From contig OZ287758.1 of assembly GCA_965649765.1 (NCBI GenBank), positions 21,204,001 to 21,268,000 of the forward strand: DNA of 64,000 bases, given 5' to 3'. The notes below the pieces were generated by a model. That model had not been told where the DNA came from, ran no database searches, and saw only the letters and a program-made list of their open reading frames with translations. Made by a program: the position numbers and the translations under genes. Positions 1 to 12,275 of this stretch are shown here, piece after piece. The stretch comes from Bispira polyomma. Lineage: Eukaryota. The stretch's first letter is position 1. Each line of letters begins with the position of its first letter.

Positions 1-415
1 TAAATCAGACAGATATGCTTCTGCAAGACTTATCAGAAAAGTGCCATATTGGCCTCCAATTCTTCAGAGAATTACCTTTAAAATTATACTTACAATTATC
101 TCCCTGGCCTAACACCTGGTTACCTCAGCCAAGTTATCAAAGAAAAAAATCAGAGTAGGAGACCACGAATTAATCAGGTTGTGATGTTGGAAGTGCCAAG
201 GACTAAGACATATTTTGGGGACAGGTCATTTGCAGTTGCAGGCCTAAAGTTGTGGAATAGCTTGCCTTGTGAACTGAGAGAAAACACAAGCATAACAAAA
301 TTTAAGACAGACCTTAAAACTCATATTTTTATGTATACTAACATTAAACATTTGCCAAGTGTCTGTGAACACCTTATGAAAAGGGCACTTAAAATCTGGA
401 TTATTATTATACTAT
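1..415 (+). mobile_element. L2/CR1-clade LINE, 3' end of ORF2 plus tail (degraded)
   Basis: Translation contains TYFGDRSFAVAGLKLWNSLP..LR...ITKFKTDLKTHIF, typical of the L2/CR1 RT C-terminus, followed by an (att)n-like tail; inverted copy at 7680-8065. Confidence 0.85.
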
Positions 416-829
416 CATACCTTACTGTTTATTGTTAACGTAAGTAATCTGAAGCAGTAGTTTGATATCCTAATGTTTGTGTAGTTAATGCATTAATTTT
501 TGATAATCATCATTTTTTATATTAAAACAGATTAAATATAATAGGAACCACGTGAAAAATCGAATGTGACTACATTATACAGTAATATGGATCCTGTCAA
601 AAAAACTATTATTCTGCAGTGTTAGAATGTGTTCTAAGTTTACCTCGTATGTGTTTTTCACTGCTTCGTTGATCCTCTCATGTCTTTTTTTAGACAACTT
701 GTTGAGTGTTTTGAGTGTTTACAGTACACAGTAGCCTCAGATTTCATTTTGCTTTCATCATTAAAACAAATACTATCTGTCTTCGTACAACTATTTTTAG
801 TGAAATGTAATTCGTTTCTGCAAATCTTA

Positions 830-1030
830 TATGACTATTACTACATTGATGCACTACAATTAAGTGAACATATGTTTAATGGTACTGCACTATTGAATAC
901 TGCCTCGCATTTGTCACATTTATAGAAGATTGTTGTGGTATCACTTTATTGTTTGAACCACCAACACACTTCAGTAAATGTCTCTTCAGGTGATAAGCCC
1001 ATTTTGCCACACTTTTCGCACAGTGCATTC
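830..1030 (-). pseudogene. Degraded zinc-finger-like exon (copy 1)
   Basis: After a ttttatag acceptor: LCEKCGK../YHLKRHLLKC... and YKCDKCEAVF, with frameshifts and stops; second copy at 7003-7190 (+). Confidence 0.45.
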
Positions 1031-1646
1031 TATAAAAAGTATGTACTTATGCTTTATAGTTTTGTTTTTTATCTTACATTTTTTAATAAAATTTTGTTTA
1101 GTGTATGTACTTTCACAGGTGCAGTTTTGGGAATTTTAACCATTACTTCGTCACCTTCAACATATGATAGACTTTGTTTTCTCTTGCACTTGTGTTATTA
1201 CAATGCAAATTACCTACCTTAAAGACAGCTATAGTTTTATGGGTGAAACAGTTAGGACTTGACCTGACAAAACAAATATGTGCTTCTGCTGACAATACTA
1301 ATTTAATAAATGTCAAAGTTACATATATTAACTTTATTAAACCCTTCAGGAAATGAAGGAAACGTATTTCCGAAGAAATAATGGCTAATTTTGAACTTGC
1401 CTAAGATGCAGTTAGTGGGATGCATCCTGCAAAAATCTTCTGTAAAAGTCACAACCCTAATGTATTTTAGCTTACAACCATTAGTCTAGGGTCAGACTGT
1501 GGACTCAGTTAGGGGAGATAGTCTCGTGATCCGCCAATACTATTAAGTTGATTGGTTGGTCGATATCCTTGGAAATGTATATGAAATGACCTCAGACTAA
1601 ATTTTGTAGGACTATCCCTTTCAGAGTATGAGTGGCTTAGACAGAC

Positions 1647-1723
1647 CCAAAAGTGAGCCAAAACATTTACCTCTATAATTTTCTGAATCGTACCATCAGG
1701 GTTGTCAAATACACCAATGTAAT
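1647..1723 (-). pseudogene. SDR16C-type short-chain dehydrogenase (RDH10/SDR16C5/HSD17B11-like) internal exon remnant
   Basis: ttttaaag|..DYIGVFDNPDGTIQKIIEVNVLAHFW|gt matches the SDR16C motif PD..IEKTFEVNVLAHFW, ending at a splice donor. Confidence 0.75.
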
Positions 1724-2979
1724 CTTTAAAATGTATATTAAGTCTTAGACATACATGCATAACAATTGAACAATGCCAGGAATTTTAAATCAATCACTTT
1801 AAGTAGTTAGATATAAGACAACATTTGTGCCGAGTGTGCAATTTATTTTTATTTACAGTTTAACATTAACAAGTAGAGCACTGTATATCATCACTATATA
1901 TACATATATCTATATACCTTCACCCACTACTATTAATTACTATATATTTACCCTGTGATTCTGTCTAAAATATATATTTTTAGTGACACTTTCAGCACTA
2001 GTATTTTGTTTTGTAATGAAATTAATTCCTACTATTGCATTTGTCTTGTTCTTAAATTGACTTTAAAATTTATACCTGTAGTTTATTCCTAAATATTTAT
2101 TTATTCAACTAATCTTGACAGGGTTTTTAAAGCTAAGAATGGATGAAGAATCTTTATGAATAGGGCCCCAGAATTCTTACCCAGAATCACTGCCTGGTTC
2201 AAAAGCCTTTAATGTTATAGCACCTACTGAGTAGAATAGTCTCCCCTATAGTCTTCACACTGAGACAAGGATTACAGGTTTCTGGAAAAAGCTTAAAACA
2301 CATTTCTACCAACTTATTCTTTGGCCTTAACTTTCGTCTCCTGGTTATGGCTGAACACTGAATACAAATCTTTTCTCCTATCGGACTATTCTTTTGCATA
2401 CTGATTAAGATGTGTGCCACAGGGGATGCCTGGTCATCGATTGTGGTACTGTAGTAGTAAAAACATTAATGTTGAACATTATTTGACCATGTTCTGGCAA
2501 TCTGTGTGGAAGAGAGAAAGCTAATCTCACCTCTGCACTAAAATAGGAACCTCATGTACCAGGTAAGTAACATCTGTTCAGACATCACTATGAAAAGATG
2601 ACAGTCAATACTTTTTCAATTATACCATAACTAAATAAACATACTTACCATCTGGCATTAAATAACCCTGGGAAATGTTTGTAAAATGTATAACTAATAT
2701 TGACCACCTAACACTAAAATGTTAGACCAATATTGAAATTTTATCATAAATTAAACATATAAGATACTATTAGAAAGTGAAAAATATATCTTTAAATTAG
2801 TATACTTTAATGTTGATCTAAAGTTTCTAAATAAACAGTTAAGGAATCTTTTTTTACATCTCATAGAAAAAGCCCCAAAATTAGTATTATTTATTTTTAT
2901 GTGGTTTACTGATGTGAAGCATCTTCTAAATCGCAGCAACCAGCTGAAAGATGTTAATGTGAACAAGGAGGGAAATAAA

Positions 2980-3018
2980 GAGGTGAGCGAGGTGAGCGAG
3001 GTTAGCGAGGTTGACGAG
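2980..3018 (+). repeat. 9-bp tandem repeat (gaggtgagc) x4
   Basis: gaggtgagc gaggtgagc gaggttagc gaggttgac. Confidence 0.8.
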
Positions 3019-3400
3019 ATATGGTATAAATTACCTCCTGAACACAGAAATTTGTTTCCAGTGATATTAGACTTTTGGTAGTCTATTTAATCTCCTAAAG
3101 TTACTGGAGAAACGAAGAGAAGCAAAGTTGAATGGTTGTGTATAGACAACAGCTTTGAAAATGGTGACATGGATTTTAAACAAAATTACATATATAAGAA
3201 GCTAATGTCATTTTTTCAGGTATAGAGTGACAACTGTGCGAATCCTGTCACTGAAGCAGAATTGCATGTTATCACGGTAAGTATTTAGGAGACTGAATCA
3301 AAACACAAGGAACTGTATTGTCAATATTGTGTATTAAACTAAGAATATATTATTTAATAGTATTGGTCAGTCAAAAATAATAAGAATGTGTACATTATCA

Positions 3401-3760
3401 TTTTATCAGACAAAAATGTTAAGTAACAGGCCATTACTCAATAAGAAACACCTCTAGACTTTATCATTTGTTAAGTGTTCTATTTAGGTAAAATAAGGAG
3501 AACTGTAACCATACAAATACATATGAATGTCCAATTTCACATCGATCATCCATTCTAATGTAGGTCTCCATCATATTAATTTATAAGCATACCTGTACAA
3601 GCGTATTTTGACGTGTAAGTTATTGTGATAAATAAACAAAGTTGTAAAAAGCTATACTGGTCAAATCAAAAATTCAGTGATTATATAAATATTCTCCCAA
3701 ATTTTCATTTATCAGTATTAATGATGTCATTTGCGCCAGTTAGAAGTTGATGTAGCAGAA
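3401..3760 (+). repeat. ~360-bp direct repeat, copy 1
   Basis: tcagacaaaaatgttaagtaacaggccattactc...agttagaagttgatgtagcagaa recurs at 5684-6035. Confidence 0.9.
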
Positions 3761-5399
3761 AAAAATACACTTCATCAATTATTTTGAATGGTGTCTTTAT
3801 AGGACTTCAGTAATATAGGTGAGAAGCAAAAACCAAAACCACTGAAAGGTGGTCAGTGGATAACAACTAGTTATTATACCAGCTCTCAATAAATTGAATA
3901 AAACTGATAAGATGCCGCAAAATGTAGATAACACACTCACTTAGGAATGCAGAGAACTGGGATTTAATCCAAATTTTGGACAACTAGGTTGTGGCTTGGA
4001 AGACAACTTAAAATGGCGGTCCCCTTTTTGGAATTTATTCCTCAGTGACACGCTAAAGAACATTGTGGACGTTTATAAATGATCATCCTCAAGCCTTTGT
4101 CTAGTAAGAACACGACAGATTAGTACCACCAAGTTAGCTGGATGCGTTGCAATGTAACTTTATGTTCTGAAGCTATGCTCTGAAGAAGGAAAGACAACAA
4201 AAAATGTGGAATAAAAATATCCTCACTAACATTAAGATTACGGGGGCTACTGTAAATATAAAATGACGTTATTTCTCAGGAAACCATCCCTAAATCATTA
4301 TTTGATATATAAATGCATGAAAAGGATTGAAAACTCAAGTACATGGTGATAAAATTGTAAGGATATCATGTGGTCACTACTCTTACTTAAACTAGAAAAG
4401 TGTCTCACCTTTGCCCCTTCCTTATTGGAAACTGAATTCAATATAATTGTTTATGCTAATGAAACGGATTCAAACGAGAGTTGTGGATTTAGTAGTAAAA
4501 TAGCAGCAATGTTTTCACCAAAACAATATATTGGACAGAATCAGTTTGGTTACGAAAAGATTTACAAAATGAATTTCTTGAGTAGGCCAAATAGTATACT
4601 TTATTTTGTTATACATTGATAAATTTGTATTAATACAGAGTTATGTTTATAATATGTACAAGACAAGAAACTTATGTGATGACAACTTCTGATTAATATG
4701 GTCTACAAAGTTATCCCTCAGTCTAGTTTTTATATTTCAGTTTCCATTTCTTATGGATGATCTTTTATATACTAATGGTAGTGTACCTTTAACCCATGCA
4801 GCTGTTTCAAAGTAAAACATTAACAATTACAATTAGTGTTGTCTATAATTATTTTCTATAGCCATAATTGCTAGGCAATCAGCGTACTGCTTAGATCTTA
4901 TTTTATTAGACACATAAACCACATAAACCACAAACCAAATACAAACCATATTATGTATATATTCAAAATTGTCTATCAAGTTAAGCAGACCCATTATCAT
5001 TATATTTTTGTTTTAATTATACAGAAATATATACTTGACTCCAAGTCAATCTAATAAATTTGAGTCACAAGTTTTGCATGTTTGATGACCAATACTATGA
5101 TATTTTCAAAGGATGAACATTTCATTGCTACACTTAATCATTTAGCTGTATTCACTGTCCTTTGTTATGATCCCATTCATGTTTCATTTTGTGCATTTTG
5201 CAAATTCAAATAATGTATTTTTGGCATTGTTTCCCAACATTGTGATCTGGCCAATTAAGTGTGTGCTTGCTGATTGTGTAATATAAATAGAGATTACTTA
5301 ATATTCCATTTCTCACACAGTATCCATTCAGAAGTTTAATTTTAACAATTAATGTGCACAAATACTGCCTTCTTCATGTGATGAACTGAAATAAGTGAC

Positions 5400-5679
5400 A
5401 TGATTAGTTTTATTATAGAATTAATTGTCACTTTATTTATCACTGTAAAATCAATATGATTGAGTTGGTTTTCTGACATTGGCAATCCACCCAGGAAAAG
5501 TGTTCACATTGACAAAGTCTTGATATCTAGTGACGGCAGTGGAATTAGTAGATTAATGTGTATTGAATTCAGTAAAAAGGGTGCTGAAGTCATAGCTTCT
5601 GACATAAATCCCTCCACAAATGAAGAAACAGCAGATATCATATAGTAGACAGTAGGTAAAATTCACACATAAACCTGTA
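5400..5679 (+). pseudogene. SDR16C-type short-chain dehydrogenase first coding exon remnant
   Basis: MISFIIELIVTLFITVKSI*LSWF...PPRKSVHIDKVLISSDGSGISRLMCIEFSKKGAEVIASDINPSTNEETADII**TVGKIHT*TC: hydrophobic anchor plus decayed TGxGxGIG Rossmann motif and DIN...NEETA; in-frame stops. Confidence 0.8.
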
Positions 5680-5683
5680 CATC

Positions 5684-6035
5684 TTTTTGTCAGACAAAAA
5701 TGTTAAGTAACAGGCCATTACTCGATAAGAAAAACCTCTTGACTTCATCATTTTGTTTAGTGTTTTATTTAGGTAAAATAAGGAGAACTACACAAATACA
5801 AAGGAATGTCCAATTTCACACCGATCACCCATTTCTAATGTCGGTCTCCATCATATAAACCTAAACCAGTAGAAGCCTATTTTGACTTGTAAGTTATTGT
5901 GATAGTTAAATAAAGTTGTGAAAAGCTATACTGCTCAAATCAAAAATTGATTGATTGTATCAATATTTCTCCCAAATTTTAATTTATCAGCATTAATCAT
6001 ATCATTTGCGCTAGTTAGAAGTTGATGTAGCAGAA
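5684..6035 (+). repeat. ~360-bp direct repeat, copy 2
   Basis: Colinear match to 3401-3760; starts where the SDR exon homology ends. Confidence 0.9.
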
Positions 6036-6424
6036 GAGAATATAATGGACATTGAGAGCCTCAAAATTACTGTATTGTATAAACTTTCATACTCAGCCCA
6101 TTATCTACATTCATCAGGTTTCATAGTGCCAATAAACATTTATTCTGCATGCCATCCAGCCTTAGCAAATGTACCCTAATTCACCATTTATGTCTCCAAA
6201 GCTCACGAGCTTGCCACAAGATTTACACTTGCTGTTTCAACATCTGCAAATATTTTCATTCATACTATGCCATTGATATTCCATGATCAATTTAGAAATT
6301 AACTTATGTGTGGTATAAATGAAGATTATATCAAATCTAGGGGGGTAAGGGGCAATTTCTGTTTTATATTTCCATTTGGCATGTAGCTACTGATATATAT
6401 TCCTATTATCTTGCAGTAAAACCT

Positions 6425-6635
6425 GTTGCCACTATTGCTTGAGAATCTCTGGCTTCTCACCAATGTTGGTTAGAATCGCATACATTCTTACATGGGGGAA
6501 ATTTTTTTTCAGGGTTTAACTGTCGGTCAGTGACTTAAAATACTTCGGCATTGTTTTTTTTCACCATTTAATATGGCCATCGCTATATGACATAAGCTAT
6601 TGAAAGTGATGTATAATTCAACAAATCAAGTAAAA
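6425..6635 (+). mobile_element. Degraded tRNA-derived SINE
   Basis: Decayed head (ctctggcttctcaccaatg..ttagaatcgc) and tail ..ccatcgctatatgacataagctattgaaagtgatgtataa, resembling the SINE tails at 8395 and 39290. Confidence 0.5.
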
Positions 6636-8065
6636 ACCCTGTCAAGATTAGTTGAATAAATAAATATTTAGGAATAAACTACAGGTATTAATTTTAAAGT
6701 CAATTTAAGAACATGACAAATGCAATAGTAGGAAATAATTTCATTACAAAACAAAATACTAGTGCTGAAAGTGTCACTAAAAATATATATTTTAGACAGA
6801 ATCACAGGGTAAATATATAGTAATTAATAGTAGTGGGTGAAGGTATATAGATATATGTATATATAGTGATGATATACAGTGCTCTACTTGTTAATGTGAA
6901 ATTGTAAATAAAGATAAATTGCACACTCGGCACAAATGTTGTCTTATATCTAACTACTTAGATACTACAAAATTATAAAGCATAAGTACATATTTTTTAT
7001 AGAATGCACTGTGTGAAAAGTGTGGCAAAATGGAATTATCACCTGAAGAGACATTTACTGAAGTGTGTTGGTGGTTCAAACAATAAAGTGATACCACAAC
7101 AATCTTCTATAAATGTGACAAATGCGAGGCAGTATTCAATAGTGCAGTACCAATTAACATATGTTCACTTAATTGTAGTGCATCAATGTAGTAATTGTCA
7201 AATAAGATTTGCAGAAACGAATTACAGTTCAGTAAAAATAGTTGTACGAAGACAGATAGCATTTGTTTTAACGATGAAAGCAAAATGAAATCTGGGGCTA
7301 CTGTGCACTGTAAACACTCTAATCAACAGGTTGTCTAAAAAAGACTTATGTGTACATATAATGTCGCAACACGGCAAAGGTGAAGAATCCATAATTATAA
7401 TCCATTTTGTATAATGCAATGGGAGGATCAACGAAGCAGTGAAAAACACATACAACGTAGACTTAGAACACATTCTAATACTGCAGAATAACAGTTTTTT
7501 TGACAGGATCCCTATTGCTGTATAATGTAGTCACATTCGATTTTTCACGTGGTTCCTATTATACTTAATCTATTTTAATATAAAATACGATGATAATCAA
7601 AAATTAATGCATTAACTACACAAACATTAGGGTATCAAACTACTGCTACAGACTACTTATGTTAACAATAAACAGTGAGGTATAATAGTATAATAATAAT
7701 CCAGATTTTAAGTGCCCTTTTCATAAGGTGTTCACAGACACTTGGCAAATATTTAATGTTAGTGTACATAAAAATATGCATATAAGGTGAGTTTTAAGGT
7801 CTGTCTTATATTTTGTAACGCTTGTGTTTTGTGTCAGTTCACAAGGCAAGCTATTCCACAACGTTAGGCCTGCAACTGCAAATGACCTGTCCCCAAAATA
7901 TGTCTCCTACTCTGATTTTTTTTCCTTGATAACTTGGCTGAGGTAACTAGGTGTTAGGCCAGGGAGATATTTGTAAGTATAATTTTAAAGGTAATTCTCT
8001 CAAGAATTGGAGGCCAATATAGCACTTTTCTGATAAGTCTTGCAGAAGCATATCTGTCTGCTTTA
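6631..8065. repeat. Right arm of inverted segmental duplication
   Basis: Reverse complement of 1-1074 plus 1800-2129; lacks ~1075-1799 and has an extra ~75 bp at ~7340-7420. Confidence 0.95.
7003..7190 (+). pseudogene. Degraded zinc-finger-like exon (copy 2)
   Basis: Inverted copy of 830-1030; CxxC..HLKRHLLKC and KCDKCEAVF motifs. Confidence 0.45.
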
Positions 8066-9495
8066 ACAACTAAATGAGCTGCAGCATTTTGAACTCTTTG
8101 GAGCTTCTCTGTAGTGCTTTGTGGTAGACCATACAATGGACAATTATTCGAATCTAGCTTACAAGTCACAAATGCATGGATGACAATCTCTGTTGTTGCC
8201 TGAGTCAAATTTTTTTTTATTAACTGTATGCTCTTCAGCTGATACCATGATACAGAAATAATTTTGTTAACCTGAGATTTGATATCCATACATGAATCTA
8301 GGGAAACTACAAAATTTACAGCTGTAGTGAAGGGCACAATTTCAGATTCACTAATTTTAACTAAATCAATTACAATATTCGTCAGTCTTCATTTGGGCCG
8401 CGGTGGCCTAGTGGTTAGCAAGCATTGCGTTTTACAATCACTGGTCTCTCACCTCTGGTCGGCGAGAGTTCGAATCCCGTTGATGCCTATGTGGGAAAGG
8501 TGGTAGTTCCTTACTGTGGGCCGCTGGTTTCTCTGCAGAACCTTGACCGACTGTATGCATTGTTTCCTCCAGCGTTTCCAACGACCCGTCCCAATATAAG
8601 CTACTAAAAGGTACTAGAGTGGACGTTAAATATCCAAATTCAAATTCAAATTCAGTCTTCATTTTGACCCATAAAGCATAACTTCCGTCTTATCCTCATT
8701 CAGTTTGAGCAGGTTAGTCTTCATCCAGGACTTCATTACAAAACAGCGCTTTTCAAGTGTTTGTACAGCTTCAGTGAAGGAGTTTGGGCAATTAGTATTA
8801 AAATATTTAGAGAGCTGGGAATCATCTGCATAAAAGTGTGACGTAACATGAAATGATCTAACAATATTCCCAAAAGGGTGTGTAAAGTCTTAATATAAAT
8901 CTGCCCCTATAATAGATCCCTGTAGTACAATGCATGTCAACCACCTTTTCTCGGATAAAGCACTCTGTGTTCGAATCTACTGTGATCTGTTGCTCAGATA
9001 TGAATTTATCTAAGATAGACACTTGCCATCCAGTCCAAGTTGTGTATTTAACCTGTGCAACAAAATGCTGTTGTCAACTTTATCAAACGCCGTCGATAAC
9101 TCTGACATGACAACAATGGTACTTTCGCCTTTATCCATGGCTTGTAGTATATCATTAGTGATACAAAGCATGGCTTTTTCTGTCAATGATTTTTCCTGTA
9201 AGCTGACTGCATTGGTTCTTTTAACCCATATAAATCTGTGTGCTTTGATAACTGTGACGCTATCACTTTTTCTAGTACTTTTGAAATGAAGGATATGATT
9301 GAAACTGGTCTATAGTTCTTCAGTTGTTCTGCATCTAATGTTTCTTAATCAAGGGTGTAACAATGGCATTTTTAAAATGACTAGGACAGTTGCTGAGTTC
9401 GTAGAACAATTTATAAAATGACAGAAAAATGGTGAAAGTTCATTAACACATTCGTTTACAAGCCATGTTGGAGTTGTATCAAGGATACACTGTTT
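7680..9495 (-). mobile_element. L2/CR1-clade LINE, 5'-truncated ORF2 (RT) pseudogene interrupted by a SINE
   Basis: Minus-strand remnants SHFYADDSQL, WMKTNLLKLNEDKTEV, IHAFVTCKLDSNNCPLYGLP..KLQRVQNAAA..VLYWPPILERITFKI; many stops and frameshifts. Confidence 0.9.
8395..8651 (+). mobile_element. Full-length tRNA-derived SINE with 13-bp TSD
   Basis: A box tggcctagtgg, B box gagttcgaatcc, (aaattc)n tail; TSD tcagtcttcattt at 8382-8394 and 8652-8664; near-identical copy at 52233. Confidence 0.95.
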
Positions 9496-9909
9496 ATTGG
9501 CAATGTAATAAAAGTTGTAGAAATGCTATAGAGGCATAAATAATGTACCTACTGCACTGTATCCATACCTCTAGAGAAGGTTTTGTCACATTTTTGTTTT
9601 TTGATAATATTTTTGTTAATAAATTACTGATATAATTTTGCAAATTATAATGCTTAAATAAGGTAACTGTATTTAAAAAATATATATTTATAATTTGGTG
9701 TCATTACATTGAAGTGGATAATATTATTTAATCATAATATATACAAATGAGTTTAAGTCCAAGCAAAAAAAAGCTCAATGTCACTAAAAATCAGTACACA
9801 TAGAGGACATCCACACAGAAATTGACATTGTGCTACATATTCAGTTCAGGATAAAATAGCTCAGCTTACACAAAACATGGCAAGGTCAAAACTTATACAT
9901 TAGTACAAT

Positions 9910-11026
9910 ATATGTGTTCACTAAATGTAAGGAATAATTATATTAAAAAGATAACACGTTATTGAAACTTATGTCATAAAAAAATTTTGGTGTATATCTA
10001 CATATATTATTTTAGTTAAAATATTTTTTTTTATATGAGCCATAAGAACTAAGTGAAAACTTAAAAATCGTATGTGACTACATTATACAGCAATATGTAA
10101 CCTGTAAAAACTTGTAAATTAGTAAATCTATGTGTTCATGAACTTCAATTTTCACTAAATGTAAGTACAAATTAAAGTAAAAATGATCAGACATTAATGT
10201 ATAGTTATGTCATAAAATAATCTTAGTATATATCTACATATATTATTTTGGTTGATAAAACATTAGTTTTTGTAAATAAAATCAAATATAACATTATTTT
10301 ACTTGGTAATTAATTGTAATATTCCTTGTCATCTTAAATCAAAATTGCTATGGGCCTATAAAGGCAGTGTCAAATTGCACACTTCACTAATCTTGATATG
10401 CACTTCAACTGAAGTGGGTGCACTCCAGGACTCACCCATTTTTACCATATATGTATCCATTTTATATACATTAGCATTACAGATTTATATAATGATATAT
10501 ACTTTCATAGCACTAAAAATATCCATGGACGAAAACATGAATCAAATAAAAGTCATATGTTAGAGTTAGGGATATAATATTTCTTTGTCTTGATTTGATA
10601 AGCTATGATACAGAGATTTTGTACTTATTTAATAACATTAGTTTTTATAAATAAATCAATTAGAAGAGTCTTTTACTTGTTAATTAGTTGTAATTTTCTT
10701 GTCATCTTAAACCAGATTTGTTGTAGGCCTATATGGTACAGTTGTCATTTAGAAAACATGTTGTGAAACATCAATGATAGTGTGGAGTTGTATACTACAC
10801 TAATCTTGATACTACACTTCAACTGAAACTTTTCTTCATGAAACGCTCTGCACATTTGCTTAACACACAAAATGCTGCATATATCTAGATGATGTATATT
10901 AGCATACAGGTTCTGGTAACACGATATAATGGTATATACATTTATACAGCCAGAAACATCTAAGACTGAAGAAGTGAATCAATTAAAATGTCATATATTG
11001 GAGTTAGGGTTAGGGTTATGGTTAGG
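9910..11026 (+). repeat. AT-rich mosaic of short local duplications
   Basis: ~9915-10015 resembles 10150-10255; 10260-10410 resembles 10635-10825; 10500-10570 resembles 10935-11010. Confidence 0.6.
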
Positions 11027-11264
11027 TCCAGACTTTTTCTTTGCCTTCGTTCGTAGAGTGATCAGGCTGTATAAGAAGTATATATCATTTGTTACGTCCT
11101 CATTTGTAGAGAGTTCTGGCTCTATTAAAGTAGTTATCTTATATCATTTGATTTTGCCCATGCCCCCATACATTTTACGGCCCCAGAAGTTACCTGTACT
11201 ATTACTACTTATAGCATTTCTAAAATTTACCTGTATATTAATCCCTTCTATTTACTTTTTAAAC

Positions 11265-12275
11265 AAAAATGTTGTATGTCGGGAAATTTCAAGTGTAGAA
11301 ATGGTATACATAAGTACATAGATGGATATGCACATGTTGTTAACTATTCTCCAACGACCTTCACCCGAAATTGACAATGCTGTATATATATATATATAAG
11401 CAAGAAAGAACGATGGAAAATTAGGTCGATCTAGTCGTCATTGTTTACAACAAATAAAAGTTTAAATATGTGAATTATACTTGGGAGTATCTATAAAAAA
11501 ATATTGTTTCCTTTTTAATTTGCAAACCGCAATGTGTGGCAAACGTACGTGGTTTGAAGGTATTTGAGAAGAAATTCATTATATTATATAAATACTCCAA
11601 GGTATATAGAGATATATATTCTATCTTTCAACCGCTCAGAATATCAGCTGATATGTGTGTAGTTTAGAAAATATGGCTTCACAATTTAATTTCCTTAATA
11701 ACATTTAATTTATTTCCAATTTCAAAGTAAAAAAAAACAAGCCATTTTCTAAAGATTTTGGACACAAGAAAGTAAGATAAACTCTTTATTTTGTCATACA
11801 ATAACATTTCTAAAAAATTACCTTTCGTCCATAAATATATTTACTTTGTTGTTAAAGGGTAAGTTTTCCATTAAACTTTTGTCATAATTGTGACCACAAT
11901 ATTGTATCCCATGACTATACACTAGCCAGGAGCTTCCAACAAAAAAAAATAAGAATCCTGCTCATTCTGCTGTTAACAAAATGAGCCCGTTGCCTGGTGG
12001 ACTGTAATAAAGTTGTCAAAATACGAAATGAAATAGCATTTGTAAAAGTACTGTTTAATTAGGGTAATAAATATTTTATAAGTAAAAGCTGTGAGGAATA
12101 ATATGTTTTGTATAAACAAGTTGGGCAATAAAACTCCATCTTCTTTTTAGTGGTCACTTCATTCTTGTTACACATATACTACAACACATTGCATCCAAAC
12201 AAGACCGTCTCAAGACCGTCTCAAGACCATCTCAAGACCGTCCATAACTTTACTATTGCAGATACGTGAGCACCA
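11265..12275 (+). repeat. Non-coding module shared with 26380-28008, ending in an 11-bp tandem (caagaccgtct)n
   Basis: Shared blocks ttctccaacgaccttcacccgaaattgacaatgct, tatcagctgatatgtgtgtagtttagaaaatatggcttcac, cacttcattcttgttacacatata. Confidence 0.85.

Larger units (their letters stand above)
1..2129. repeat. Left arm of inverted segmental duplication (runs off the window start)
   Basis: 1-1074 is the reverse complement of ~6961-8065 and 1800-2129 of 6631-6960, e.g. ...aatcttgacagggttttta vs taaaaaccctgtcaagatt... Confidence 0.95.

Noticed and set aside
8395-8480. tRNA gene (also 52233-52320 and ~34580)
   Set aside because: A and B boxes belong to SINE heads; the 8395 and 52233 copies have body, tail and TSDs, and none forms a full cloverleaf
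8279-8662. Recurring small ORFs ending in FPPAFPTTRPNI (also 41177 and 52264)
   Set aside because: Chance translation of SINE copies
11003-11026. Telomere-like ttagggttagggttatggttagg
   Set aside because: Only 2-4 imperfect units within a local duplication; too short to call an interstitial telomere
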